Under the pieces are notes generated by a model. It had not been told where the DNA came from, did no database searches, and saw only the letters and a program-made list of their open reading frames with translations. DNA of 62,941 nt, filler included, from Basidioascus undulatus (taxonomy: Eukaryota): NCBI GenBank assembly GCA_000826855.1. It is 4 parts of 4 records of this genome, joined end to end, with 100 filler letters (N's around TTAATTAATTAA, not from the genome) between each part and the next. Parts side by side here need not be neighbours in the genome. Positions count along the whole stretch, not along the records: positions 31,588 to 47,213 come from JTLS01000631.1; positions 47,314 to 62,941 come from JTLS01000632.1; 2 more parts are not named here. The stretch is one strand, 5' to 3'. Shown here one piece after another: positions 46,036-59,527 of the stretch. Position 1 is the stretch's first letter; every line of letters begins with the position of its first letter. The position numbers were made by a program, and so were the translations under genes.

Positions 46036-47213
46036 TAGACATACATAACATGGATCTGTAGGAAACTGAGAATCATGCTGTATGCATATATTCACAGACG
46101 CGTCTACCTACATGATTTTTGCTTTGCGCATTCAAGAGAGTCTTCCGGAAGCCGTGCACTGCGAAAATCCTCATCGGCAGGTCGTGTGGCTGCTTGTACT
46201 TACACTTCGGTTACAGGAAAGGCTGTGGTATACTTAAGTTAGTTACTTATGGAAGAGCCGTGACTTTAACATTGTGAGTTTAAGTGACAAGGCAATACTG
46301 GACTAAGGAAAGACGGCCGGTTCAGTAAAACTGACTGGCTGATGTCCTTCGGGGGACTGTACGATGTGTTGAACTGACCCTCAAGCGGCAGAGTAGAGGT
46401 GTCTCCAAGGCTTGTTTTTGAGGTACGCCTTTCAGGCAAACGTTTGTAGTGTTTCGATGTTTGAGGAACCCGGCGACTTTCGGTATGCACTGCAAACAGA
46501 ACAGTCCTCGGCCCCAACTTTTGGTGACATTCCGAGCAGCTGGAGTAAGGTTGAATTCTTCGAAATTTCTCTTGAATATGTGAAGCGGAGAGGTATGGGC
46601 AAGATGCCCATGCTATAGCGGGGAGCACGACAAAGCACAACCCAGCGCTGCCGGAAACGTCGAGGCACACTGAGCGTGCATGCAGACAGTCGCAAAAAAA
46701 AAGGTCTATCAGAATGTTCCATATCCAGCTTCTAAGCGGATTAAAAGGCCGAGCGTTGTCGGTTCTGGTGTGAGTACTCCCTGAAGTCCTTGCAGCTCCT
46801 GGGTTACGGGAATAGTTGGCGCAGAACAGGCATTGTCTGCTTCTCACGGATTAGACTGGCTCTAAATTCCTTGGAGCTCACGTCTTCCCACCGTGCGACG
46901 ACAACTCAAGCTCTTCAAAGCACTGAACGTGGGACGGTGGTATCGGCGCAGAGCTCCGGTGTTCGCATTCTATTTACTCGCTATGAAAAAAGAGACGCTA
47001 TGAAAACAAAAGAGAAAGATTGTCCGAATGCTAATACGGGTTAGTTTTCTATGCACTGCCATTTCGGCATTTTGACGCGATGCACCTCTGTAGGTCCCGT
47101 GCTCAACAGCGGTCCGTCAAAACTCTTTCGCCACGACGCACGACCCTGTTCCCAGTATACTCATAGTTCCACTCTTGATCATCTGGTCTTGCCCGTATGA
47201 ACCGCCTACCGGC

Positions 47214-47313
47214 NNNNNNNNNNNNNNNNNNNNNNNNNNNNNNNNNNNNNNNNNNNNTTAATTAATTAANNNNNNNNNNNNNNNNNNNNNNNNNNNNNNN
47301 NNNNNNNNNNNNN
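47214..47313. other. Artificial contig-joining spacer
   Basis: 44N-TTAATTAATTAA-44N. Confidence 0.97.
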
Positions 47314-48742
47314 CCCCTTCGCCCCTCTCAGCCCCCCCCCCCCTTCCCTCGGGACTTTCGTGGCAGTCGTGGTTCTATCAGGAGCCCCAGAAGTGGCCCA
47401 CAACGCCTATCTCGCCGCTTGAAAGGAGCGAAAGTACCGCACGGAAAGGAGGCCTGCAAGACGAGGGTGCAGGCAACCGCAAAGTTGATGTTGCTCGGAA
47501 TCAGACGAGCTTTCTTTCTAAAAGTATGCATTTATCTCAAGTTTAAGCTGGAATATAGTTGAGAATTGTCGGAATACTTCGTTGATGACCTTCAAGAATG
47601 CTGCAATGCCCCGCGGCGAGCGGGCGGTTGAAACTCCGCCATACACGACTCCAGGGTGCTGAGTGGCAACACGCAGATCCCCACAGTAATTGAATCACAA
47701 ACCCAGTCTTATGTACTGTGTTATGTACACGTTTAGAGGTAGCAGGCAGCCGAACGAGCACCTCTTGTTTGCTCATCGAAGTCGGAGTCGGCGCGTCGCT
47801 TTGAAGATGACGTTGAATCTTTGTCCTCTCGAGAATTACCTGAGTATGGTTCAAGGAAGGGGATATCTCAATATCTCTTAGGGACCTGCTTGCTGAGCAA
47901 GGGCGCTGTGGCACTGTCAATTGCTATTAGGAAGGGCGGCAGTCTCGAATGGGTTCCGCTCTAAGGACGGGACGGGGGATTAATGGCTGTGGGGTGCGTG
48001 GTAGTTCTTTTAGTAGTTAATATGGACACGTAGTCTCTGGAGACTATGGGAGCTGTTTTACCCAATGAGCCATAAGCGGAAGGTGTTGCCTGCAAGTCCC
48101 TCAAAGATTGGCAACCGCGGCAAACTTACATAGAGCAGACTGCGAGTAATCCTGTGAAAGTGATAACTACTCTTGATCGTCAAATAGCTTCTCGGATAGA
48201 TTGAAAGCGCCCTTTTCAGGATTTCGAAATAGAGGCCAGTGGAAAGCGTGTCGAAAGCTGTAAGTCCCCCTCCGCAAAGGTATGATTCCCTTAAGCATCC
48301 CTCTTGATCATGGCGGCCGGTAGACCTTTTCAAAGGCCTAGATTTACATAACGAAAAGTCTTCACTCAACTGGCGTCTAGCCTGTAGCATTGGCAATGAG
48401 TATGGCACTGGTGCTGGGCGACGCCTATTGACCGAATTGAGAATTGCATGTTGTGCATGTTCCCTGCTTGGAAAGATCGACGAAAAGGTGTCGTTACGGA
48501 TGCACGAGCCACAGAGTCAACGAATGGTGCTGCAGCAGCATGTGCACGTGTAGGATGCTGGAACTTGGATCACTGATGGGTGCGACGCTGCGGGAACAGC
48601 TGCAGCGAGCGGAGACGCTCGCAAGGAGTATGCACCTTATCGCCGCGCACCTGGCTAGCGGATTCCAGGCAGCTTCATGCCGTCACCTCGTCGTTCCTGT
48701 TGCCTTCTCCCTTGAACCACCACCATCAATACACCCAATACG

Positions 48743-51700
48743 ATGGCATTCTCACCGCCAACAAATTCCAGAGCATCGTTCTCAGCGGCAGCAGCCCGGG
48801 CTACGTCCCCTCCCGGTCGTCGAGCGAGCGAGACCGCGAGCCTCAACACGTCCGTGTCCTCGCCGCCCTCCCGGAGCCCGATCCCGTTCGCGAGCAGCAC
48901 CAACAACCGCACACCGCCCGCGAAGGAGCCAGGCAGCGCGGGAAGGCTCAAGGATCTTACCGGCGGAGTGGTCAAGAGTCGGAAGGGGTCCGTGTTGACT
49001 CGAGGAGCGATCTTGAAGTCCGAGTGAGTGCCTGAGCTCCTTCAGTTGTTGAGAATCATGAACGCTTAGAACGCCCGGATCACAGCCACTACGCGTCCGG
49101 TCGTGCGCGCTCGCTGGACATCAACCTCCAAGGCGCACCCAACTTCCGCCAGCCTCGCTCCGTCACCCTCGGCGTTTACGGCGTCGCCCAGCCGACCACG
49201 ATCGGCCTGCGCACCATTCTCGCCCTCCTCGACTGCCAGCCTGGGCGCGAGGAAGATGAGTCAGGCGAGTGCGTGTGGATCTCGACGCGCGATGAGCCCC
49301 TCGTCTACATCTCTGGGCGGTCATACGTCCTTCGCCACGCCGCGAGTCCGAAGAAGAGCGTCGCGCTCAGCGACCGTGCGGCGAGCCTGGAGGGCATCGA
49401 GGAGAGGATGAAGGCGGACATATTGAAGGAGGCGAGAAAGTGAGTGGCAGCGTGACTAGGAGCTTAGTGATCCTGCTGACAGTAGCGGGTGAGCAACAGG
49501 TACGGAGGGCTCATGTTGACCCACGAAGAGATGGCCGATGGCGAGATCGTCCCAACTTGGCTCTCTGTGGACGCCCAGAGCGTGCTTACTCCGCGCGAGG
49601 TGTGGGAGGTGGCGAAAGCGGAAGGCTTCAAGGTCGAGGTGCGCTTTCTTGCCGCTACATTTCCAAGCGCGCTCTGAACCGACGCTTTCAACAGTATCAC
49701 CGGTACGTTGAGCCTCAACCAACTGCTAAGTTGAGACAAAATGGCAAGGCTGAGTAGGGTGTGTTATGGAACAGCATCCCCATTTCTCGTGAGACGCCTA
49801 TCGAGGACAACTATCTCGATGCGTACGTCAAGGTGATGAAGACGCTCGACCCCGTCCGAACTTCGCTCGTCTTTTCCTGTGGCATGGGGGTCGTTCGCAG
49901 TACGCCCTGTTACATTATGTACTTTATCTTGGATTGAACGCTCACAGACACTTCATCCGGCCTTCAGCCACCTTCGCCATGGTTTCTGGCCTCCTCATCA
50001 GGCGCAAGCAGCTCCTGCTTATGGGCGAGCCTGACCCGTTCGACTTTGCGCCCCCACCTACACCGCAGGGCAACAGCACCGTGGGTTTGCGTAGGCCTCA
50101 CCCTCGTAGCAGACCTCAGCTGATGTATCCGTTCTCGCCAGCTCGCAGCGAGCGTGATGGAGCAAGCCAACGCGCAGCAGCAGACGAACAAGTCGCTTCT
50201 TCGACTCACCCATCTGGTCGAGAAAGGTGCGTAGGCGATCGTGCGCCTGGACGGACCGACAACTGACAGCTAACCGCGATGGACTTGTTCGCAGTCCTTT
50301 CCAGCGAAAACCAACAATCCGCTATAGAAATTCTCATTTCTCACCAAACTCTCCTCGAGAATCTCCGTGCCGCCTCGCTGGGCCAGTACCACATCGTAAG
50401 CTCCTCTTTGAGCTTTTCCAGCCATCTGGAATCCCGTAGCTAACTCTCATCGTTCGCTCAGGTCCTCAACCTCCTCGCGTGCCTCGAGAACGGCCCCGAG
50501 TGCAAGCGCCTCGTCGACACGCTCATCGACAACTGTTCGCAAATCGTCAACCTCCGGGAAGCCGTACTCGACCACCGCTTGCGCTCGAGCACGACGCGCG
50601 TCGACGAGGACACGCGGCAGAGCCACCTCCGCGAGGCGCTCAAGGCGCTCGAGCGCTATGCGTTCGCTGTGGCGTTCGCAGGCTACCTGGACGAGAGCGC
50701 AGATCTGGAGGTCACGTTCGCGGAGTTCTTGCAGCAGCGGACGGAAATTCGAAAGTGCGTCTTGTGCAAGCGGCTGGTCGAGGAGAGGGGCTGGGCGCGA
50801 CACGAGCGAACATGACTGATGACGGGGTTGGATTTCTCGACGGACAGCATGATCGAGTTCCTCCGGCGCAAGGGCAGCAGGCTATTCAACTTCGCGCCCA
50901 TCTCGGACCTCTCTGTCATTTCCAAGCGCGCGGGAGGCGCTTCGAAACCTGCGACGGACGTGTCGCTCGCCGGAGGCCAGGTGTATGCGGATGAATATGC
51001 CGAGCTGGTTGTTCATGTTCGTCATTTCCCGAAGTCGTGCTCCAACCAATCTGAGGCTTGCTGACGTTCATTCGACACAGAATCGGAACGGCATTCTGCT
51101 GCGCTCCAGCACGCTGTCAGTATTTGTCGAGAGAGTAACGTTCTGCGACGTTGTCGAATCACTGACCGAGATCGATCTATGAAAGGCTCAAGAGCGACAT
51201 CTGGCGGAGATCTGACGTCAATACGACGCTTGCGGGCGCTGTCAACTTCCGTCGGGTGCCGCACACCAACATTTACGCGCTCGGTCAGCCGGATGTTGGC
51301 GCGATCGATCAGGTATGTTTCTCGTGCTGCCCGTTGAGCCATTCCGACGAGCGAGAGTTCTGAACCAATTCTCGCAGGTCATCTCCATTATCCGCGAGCA
51401 ACATCCCGATGTGCACAAGAAGATCACTTGGATTAATCTTCGGGAAGGTACGCCATTCTACTGCTCATGTGGTATTCGTTTTGGGAGTTAACGTGTGCAT
51501 TGGTTCAGAGCCGAGTTCGTCTTCACAGAGTATGCATGTTGGGCGAGCTGGCTGCTAACGCATCGCTTCAGTCGTATACGTCAACCAAGAGCCGTACTGT
51601 CTGCGTAAGGAAGGGTATTCCCTGCGCAACCTGAAGGTTCGCCAGGGATACACATGCTCCTGCGTTAGGACAACAAGGCTTACACTCCAGATGGGCAGGA

Positions 51701-54700
51701 CTTCGGCGGTATCTCCGCGACGCGTTTGGAGGTTCTCGAGGAGCGGCTGAAAGGCGATGTGCTCGCCGAGCTCACGCGCCTGGATGGCAAGTAAGTGGCG
51801 TCACGCATTCAAGCATTCGTTGGTTTACTGCTTCACTTAGCTTACTGAGTGCGATGAAAGGCTACTGCTGCACACCGAGACGGTGGACGGTGATGTGGTG
51901 CCCGTTTGGGAAGACGCCGCGCCCGACGACGTTGCTGCTATTCGGGATATCATGGATGAGCGGTCCGACGACATCGACTTCAAGGTGAGAGCTGGCGTAG
52001 GAGGCTCTACTCGCCCGCAGCTGATCGTCGCCTCTGAACCAGCGCATCCCCATCACATCTGAAGCCGTGGCTGACTTCACCGACATCAACGAGTGCGCGT
52101 CCCGTCATCCCTCTAACATGCGACGCTTCTAACCCCGATGTCTCGCACAAAGCCTACTCGAAGTCGTTATCCGCGCCGACATCGACTGCCCGATAGTGCT
52201 CAACTGCCAGCTCGGCCGTGGACGTAGCACGCTCGCGTCTGTCTTGATGCTGCTCATCCAGAACTGGATCGCGAAATCGCGGAGAGAGCCAACGGCAGCG
52301 CCGACAGGGGCCGAGGACGAAAGCGCCCCAATGTCCTCGTCGGTCGTGCTTCTTCCGACTCCGCGCAAGCCGTTCACGCGCGGCCCGTCTTCGGCTCGCC
52401 TTATCAAGCCACGGCGCTCGTACCAGGTCATCAACAACCTGCTTCGTGTAAGAGACCCACGCTCTCGTTTGGAGTCGCTTCACCTGATAAGGTCGCCGTG
52501 GGAAACAGGTCATCCGGAGGGGACTCGAGGTCAAGCAAGCCGTCGACGATGCGATCGAAGCGGCTGGCGAGATTCACAGTGCGATCATCACCAACCACTT
52601 GGTCAGGCCTGCACATGACTAACAGTTCTATATATTACAGACCTCCGTGACGCCATCGAAGAATCGCGTGTCCGGGCTGAGGCGGAAAAAGACCCGAACG
52701 CGAAGCGGTCATTTATTCAGAAAGGGCTCAATGCTCTGAGGCGTTACTTTTCGCTCATAGTCTTCCAAGCCTATCTGCAAGATACCCCACCTGATACGGT
52801 ACGCCCACTTCACGGACAACCCGCTCGCATGCTTAGCTCATTCACCTTGTTAGATCGACACCCTGCCATCTTTCAAGGATTTCGTCGAGTTCCGGCCGGG
52901 TAGGTCTCGCTGCTTTGTTGCCTCCAGGCAAATGCTGTCCGAGCGATTCTAATCTCAACGTCGCACCAGTTCTGCGCACGTTCGAGAAAGAGATCAAGAA
53001 CGCGGGCTTGGAGGCGCTGACGCCTCTCGAGCGCGACACCGCCCCCGAGGGCAACGCCCTTTCGGACGAGGTCGATCGCGTGGTGAAGAACCGCGCTGGT
53101 CGCATTCTCTCTGCGTCGACGCTTCTGAAGTCCGACTTCTTCTCAGGTGTGCAGGGCTCATCGTCTTGAGGCAGTCTTCGAAGCTTAACGTCTTGGCATT
53201 TTTATCACAGGTCTCCAGAAGATGAGCCTCCCCGAGCGCATTCCTGGCGCCGCAAATTTCCGCCGAATCCCTCTCGCCGTTGCGCGAAGACTGCAAGAGC
53301 TCGACATCCCTCGGGCGCCAGCAGTCGGGCTGCAGGACGAAGGACTCGTCGTGGGCGTCGGGATGCCATCGGGAGAAGGGTGCGTCCATGTCGCTTCTCT
53401 TATGCGGTTCACATCTGACCGTCACGATGATGCGCTCCAGTCTTCGCGGAGCGCTCGCTGCCATGGGAGCAGGGCAGGACGGCTCATCGACGGTTTTCTG
53501 GACCTCACTGCGCGTGAGTAAACCGCTTTTATACCGTCGATCACCACATTTACCAAAAATATATCATTTATCCAGGAAGAGCCGGTCATCTACATTGTCG
53601 GCCAACCGCACGTGCTGCGACTTGCCAACAAGCCGCTGACCAACGTCGAGTCAACCGGTGTCGCGACAGACGTCGTCGAAGCGATGGAGGACACGCTCAA
53701 GCGCGATATAATCGAAGCAGCGCGTGATACTGGCAGGATCCTGTGAGAGAATGGCTGCTCGTTTAGATAAGGGTCGCCGTCGCTGATACTGGTCCTTGTA
53801 CCATCAGGCTGCACGATGAGCAGGAGATCAGCCCGGGCAACTTCAAGATCATTGTTAGTCTTCACTCGAACCAAGTATTGACTCGATGATTCTGCTCACA
53901 CTTCAAATGTTCAGCCAATCTGGCAAAACGTCGAAGACAAGGACGTTCTGACTCCGCGCGAAGTCTTCGAGGAGGTTCAGCGGTACGTCTTGCTATCCCT
54001 TTTACTTCCTCTGTACGCTGATGAAGTTGTTTCTGTTTTTTAGCGAAGGATACAAAGTGCGCGATGAGCAGTCGTTTACTGTAACCTGCCGCGATGACTG
54101 ACCATTCACGCAGGTCGACTATGCCCGCGTCGCGATCACCGACGAGCAAGCCCCTTTGCCCAACGCCTTGGCACAAATACAAGGTCGTGCGGTCACCGCG
54201 CTGGAGTCTGAGGGCTCGTTGGCTTTCAACTGGTACGCCTAGTTCCGTCTGTCCGTTGACGCCGCCGCGCTCAAATTTGGGGTGGACCCGCAGCCAAATG
54301 GGCCGCGGACGGACAACAACGGGCATGATTGTCGGCTGTCTTGTCGCGGCGGTTTGGGGAAAAGACGGCAGCAGCGATGCCCTGGCGGCGTCTTTGTCTT
54401 ATCTGGAGCCGCTGGTGAATCAGCCCGTCGGAGACGGAGACAATGAAGAAGATGAGAATCCATATTTGCAAGGTAAGCCCGGTTTGCTCGGAGCACCATG
54501 ATAGGCGCTTAACCCTGAGTACCTTCACAGGACAGTACCGCATGATCCTCCAGCTCGTCGGCGTCCTCTCGCACGGCAAGCGCGCGAAGGCGCTCGCGGA
54601 CAAAGCGATTGAGTAGGTCCAACTTTGCAACGCTGACCCTGTGCGCCGAAGGCTTACGCCGCACAATTGACAGCGTTATGGAGGGTGTCCAAAACCTGCG

Positions 54701-55074
54701 GAACGCCGTCTACACGTTCAAGCTGCAAGCCGAGGCCGCTGAACTTGGGTCGGCGAAGCACAAGCGCGTACATCGGTTGCGCATCAATCCTAAGCCCTTG
54801 AGACATATCTCTGATGCATTTCTCTTCCACGAAAAGATCTTCAACCTCGCTTTCAACTATCTTCACCGCTACGGGATGCTCGTGACATTCGCCAATTTCT
54901 TACTCGAGGCTGTCGAGCACGACCCGTACTTGAAAGCCGTCTCGTTTCCAGAGTGGCTCGTGGAGCACCGCGAGGTCACATCTATCCTGTGCGTCAATAT
55001 CGTTTCCGTTCGTGTCGTTCGTGTTCTGAAACTAACAGAGCGATTCTTGCAGGTCCCGGAGGACGCTCGACTAG
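48743..55074 (+). CDS. Paladin-like protein with three PTP-like phytase (inositol phosphate phosphatase) domains
   Basis: Three repeats of the VVxxRxG..L....LKSD / GAxNFR / W...R.EP.VY / IPI pattern, with P-loops FSCGMGVVRTT, NCQLGRGRST and FNCQMGRGRTT. About 30 or more exons. TAG at 55072-55074. Confidence 0.9.
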
Positions 55075-55440
55075 ACCGCCCTTGTTGCCCCTGCTCGACC
55101 CCTCTCACGCAGTACCTCCTACTACTGCATAGATTCGCAACTGTCATGTTAAACATGCAGAGTATTTTGTCGCATTGCTGCGAACATTGGAACCTATTCA
55201 CCCACGAGAAGTGGCGAGCGACCTTCAGTTGATTCTCGTGGATAGATAGGAGACGCCGACGACCAGTTATCGGACATTGCATAACTTACGCTTTTGTGAT
55301 CGTTGCACAGTCGTCGAGTCTTGCAGAGGTGTATGCGAAAAAACATCATGAAAAGGTATGCACAACCACAACACAGTCCACTAAATCCACACCGACCAGC
55401 TTCCATTCCACCTTTTTATCATGCTCAATCTTCTCACCCC

Positions 55441-56037
55441 TCAAATCCTCTCCATCTCAACGCGCTCCGCCCGCTCCTTCTCAGTGACCATCCCCTCCTC
55501 GTCGTCCTGAATTTGCTTGGCTCCAGCGCGCTTGGCCGTGCGCTTACCGCCGCACAGCTGTTTCGGGGTCGGCCAGGTCTTCTTGACAGCCCGGAAGATC
55601 CCGACGAACGCGAGGAGGACGAAGAGGATGGATCCTGTTCCGCCCATATCAGAGGCTGTAGCCATGCTAGTCGAGACGGAGGAGCTTGGAGCGCACCTAG
55701 CAGAGCAACAGGAATAATCCAGGCTTTCTGGGAGGCCCGGTTCTGTCCACGCGTCGCAGAACCGGCAGCGGCACCGGGCCCGAGGGCAAGGCCCGCACCG
55801 GGTGCGCCGGGGGTGAAGCTACCAGGCCGCTTACGCCAGCGGCCTCCGCGCCAGGAGGTACTCGACCCACGGGGTCGATTCGCAGTGCCGCTTGAACACA
55901 AGACCCATAAGTATGATTGACCAAGTCGTTAAGAGAACAAGGAGCACTCACGTTCCCGTGAGAACCTGTCCCTCAGAGAGGAGGCATAGCAGGGCGAGAA
56001 GCAGGACCGCTTGAAGCTTGGCGAGGAAGCTGGACAT
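55441..56037 (-). pseudogene. Possible small secreted/membrane protein gene, probably disrupted
   Basis: Signal-peptide-like MSSFLAKLQAVLLLALLCLLSEG ends at a gtgagt donor. A downstream TM-like SILFVLLAFVGIFRAVKK with charged tail lies in a frame that cannot be joined without stops. Confidence 0.3.
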
Positions 56038-58388
56038 GGTCTGATTAAAGCGTGTTTCGAACAAGATGAGGTCTGATGGAGAGTGAAAGCTCGACAACGG
56101 CCCAGGGCTATATGGTCTCTGTGAAGGGTGCAGCGCAGCCAAGTTGCTGCTGTGGGGCATCCGCCGCAAGGCAGGGGCGGAAACAGGGGAGATACCTATC
56201 TTATTCCGGCCTTGATAGGGTTTCCCTTGGAGAAAGGTATTACTGCAAGCCTCAAGGCGGAGGGCGGGAGCGGATGGACTGGGCGCCCATCATCCTGACT
56301 CATTAGCGCTGAAACGGGAAGGCAAGACAGCAAGCTTCGAAAGGGCGACCGCATCTGCGGGGAGCTGTGTAATGCAGAGGCACTAGGTCAAAACCTGACT
56401 TCTGGTTCTCTCAATTCCCGTGCGTGGCCTAATCTCCTTGAACTCATTGATCATTCCTCGCTGGGGTCCTCAAGGCACACTGTCGCTTTGGTCCTCACAC
56501 TGTTCTCCTTGCCACTTCCCATTTTCTCATGGTCACATTAAGCCAATTTCTCATGCTATAAGGCTTCCTAAAAGCGCTGAAGTTTCCCTTATGCACCTGA
56601 CCCCCGAGCGGACTGCTGCTGCATTAGGTCTTCTGCGCGAGCAACTTGAAGATTCTTTCCATTGCCTTTCACGGTCTCCGGCACTAGTTGCAAGTCTATT
56701 ATGAATCTGGGTGGAAAATAATCTTTTTATACATTGGGTATTGGTCGTTCTACTCACATCGTCGAGTTTCGGCTGCCGCATCCAGGTCTGCACATCGCGA
56801 CACCCAACGTTTACACGCCATCACGCCTTGCGTCTTTTCCTTGCGACATTCAGAGTCTACGAAAGTAAACCTCGAATGCCAGTTGCATCGGTCAGGTGCA
56901 ACCAGTGCGTGCAAGGGCATCAGGCTTGGGACGGGTCAATACTCATCGTTGCAGCCAGTTCTGCTGACAAGCGCTGCACTGTCTCCACAGCGTGCCGCAT
57001 GCGCCTTCGTGTATTCGTTCCCCCTTTCCGTTGCGTCCGGATTGACCAGGGTCTCCAGCTATCATCTTGACGCATTTATGTATTAGACCACGAACGAGTA
57101 AAATCCTCATTAGTTCTCACTTGGACACTCCAGCTTCCGAGACTCAACGTGCCAGTCTTGCTGCCGCATTCCCTTCGGCATCCGGAGATGAGCCCAGGCT
57201 GTGTCCTCGCCTTCGTCCAACTCCTGCAACTTCACACTGTCCTCCCCCCCCTCTCCCCTAATATCCCCCCACGTCATGCAAATTGGCGAGCGATTCCGCC
57301 TCATCGCTCTATGACGCTTTCACCTGAGATCACCAGGCTGAGCGACGACAACATGGAGCACAACGAGACCGACGGGAACTGGCGCGCACAGGTTACCAAG
57401 CTCGAAGCAGACATGCAGAAACTGCACGAGTGCGTTTACAAGACCGACTCGCATATGAATGACACCACGGTGGAGGTCGCCAAGCTAAGGAAGACGGTTG
57501 AAGACAGTGCGAAGTCTGGAGGAGCGCGTCGATGTTTTCGCCCCCGTGCCTGTCGCCGTCATTATTTGCAAGTCTGTCAACAATCTGGGTGCCAGATAAT
57601 CGTTTGTAGGCGCTGGGGATGGGCCAACGGTTGTTCGTTGGGAGCCATGCATGCTCTGTCGTTAGCTCTTGTGGCTGCGGCATCCTAGTCCGCACGTCGT
57701 AACACTCAACTTTTTCACCTATGCTTCGTGTATTGAATCTGACTTCATAATTTGCATGAGGGGTTTTCAAATGCCCACTGAAATTGGTCATGCGCAACCA
57801 GTACAATGAAGGGCATACGGCTCGGTACAAGTCAATACTTTCAATCGTCGTGCCCGGTCCAGGACCGACAGTGTAAGGCCTGGGCGTCCTAACATCAATA
57901 TCCCTGAGTAATAGCACCGGTTTAAGGGACTGTAACACAATGGTGTGCGATGATAGTGATTCGATTCCGCCCAGTTCTGGTGTTTCAATCTATTTCTCTT
58001 TGTATGAACCTCAACCCGGTGATAACGACGTAAGACATCTTTTCACGGCTTCGCAGTAATTATCGGGAGCGTCTCCCACTGTCGCGTCGTCCAACGTTTG
58101 ACCGGGACGACTAATCAACAGCGCCTCGGACGATCTTTGAGGACTCTTGTTGGATTCAAAAGGGATTTTTTCATGCATGAATTCAGTAATTCAGTGCATT
58201 GCTTCATAGGTACCCATGTGGAACGTCAACCTGTAAACGTGGAAAATTGACCGCCAGATGTGGATGCTTCGATTCCGATGGATCCCCTGCGTCCACCATA
58301 CTTCTCAACTTTTTTCTAGAAGCGCAAGAGAAGTTATGGAAAAGAGCCGCCTAGCCCACCAAACAAGACCAAGTGTCGGAGACACGGC

Positions 58389-59519
58389 TTAACAATGGTT
58401 GCTGATCTCACATTCGCAGCGCAGTCTACACAGCAAGCAGCGTTCAACAGCTTGAATTGATAGCATCTCTAGGAACAACATCCAGTAGAAAGAAGGGTAC
58501 CCAGATAAATACTCTCCAGACAGCTTAAAACACTTCAGCTTGCGTTCCATCGCCTGATCGGCCCTCCTTATGCCGTTCCCACCAGTATGCCTCTCCCCTC
58601 GCGCCCGTCGCGGCGACCAACTTCGAAGACATGCTGCTTGAACCCAATAACCCGCAGGGACGAGCAAGATTCGGAGAGCGTGTCGAGAGCGTCTCGACAC
58701 CAGTAGCAATGTTCTCCCATATCTTCAGCAGGCGCAGGCGGGTGAAGGGCGAGCAGACGTTGGCGAGCGCTTCAGCCTGACAGCGGCAATTGAAGTCAGA
58801 GATACATAGTCGGAGCAGCAAGGCAGACTTGGTGCATAACGTACGGTGGGTCCAGGGGAAAAATATCCGGTATAATCGAGCGCTTCAAGCGAGTCATGCA
58901 AGCACGGCATGAGCGGCAACAAGCCGTTATGCAAAGGGAGCCTGACGCCCTCACAGGTGATCCGCAGCAGTGCAAGAGGAAGCTGGCGCTCTTGTATCAA
59001 GCTGCAGACCGTATCGACTCTGTCGGCACCCTCGTACTCCATATCTTCAGGAGATAGCTTAGTCAAAGCACGAGAAGTCCCTAGCGTGAGTAGGATGCAG
59101 GACGACATGTTGAGTTTGAGAAGATGGAGGGTGTGGAAGGAGCGGTGTGCCAGGAATCGCCCGAAGTCATGTGGGTCGCAATATCCGCAGTGCACTGGGC
59201 CGCTGCCGAAAGCCTTCCAGCTCGGAGTTATCGACACATTTTCTTGCTCCTCGCGAATTCACCCACCAAGCCATTTGCATGAATCAGCTTGCAAGTCGGA
59301 TAAGTCGTTTAAAAACCGACTCCCACGCATGCCGATTTGCACGTTCTTGGTATGTAAACACTTTATCGGCAATGTACGACGTGTTCCTGTGTGTAAGATG
59401 TTATTATGGAAATAATTCAAGCACAATAGCAAAGCGCGGAGTGGCGCTGGCAAGTCTTCGAGCATGCATCCCAAACATGGTGCAATCTTGCACATCGACA
59501 TCCGTATCCATCCCCACAT
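58389..59519 (-). pseudogene. Possible decayed F-box/LRR-like gene
   Basis: LRR-like peptides (LHDSLEALDY, PFTRLRLLKI, RKLKCFKLSG) spread over several frames with in-frame stops; lower GC than the intact genes. Confidence 0.3.
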
Positions 59520-59527
59520 CCACCAGC

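Noticed and set aside
46100..48400. ORFs in lower-GC tracts flanking the third spacer
   Set aside because: No codon bias, splice-consistent model or recognisable motif; left unannotated.
57309..57530. Coiled-coil-like peptide (WRAQVTKLEADMQKLHE…VEVAKLRKTVE)
   Set aside because: Isolated fragment with no supportable gene model or family assignment.
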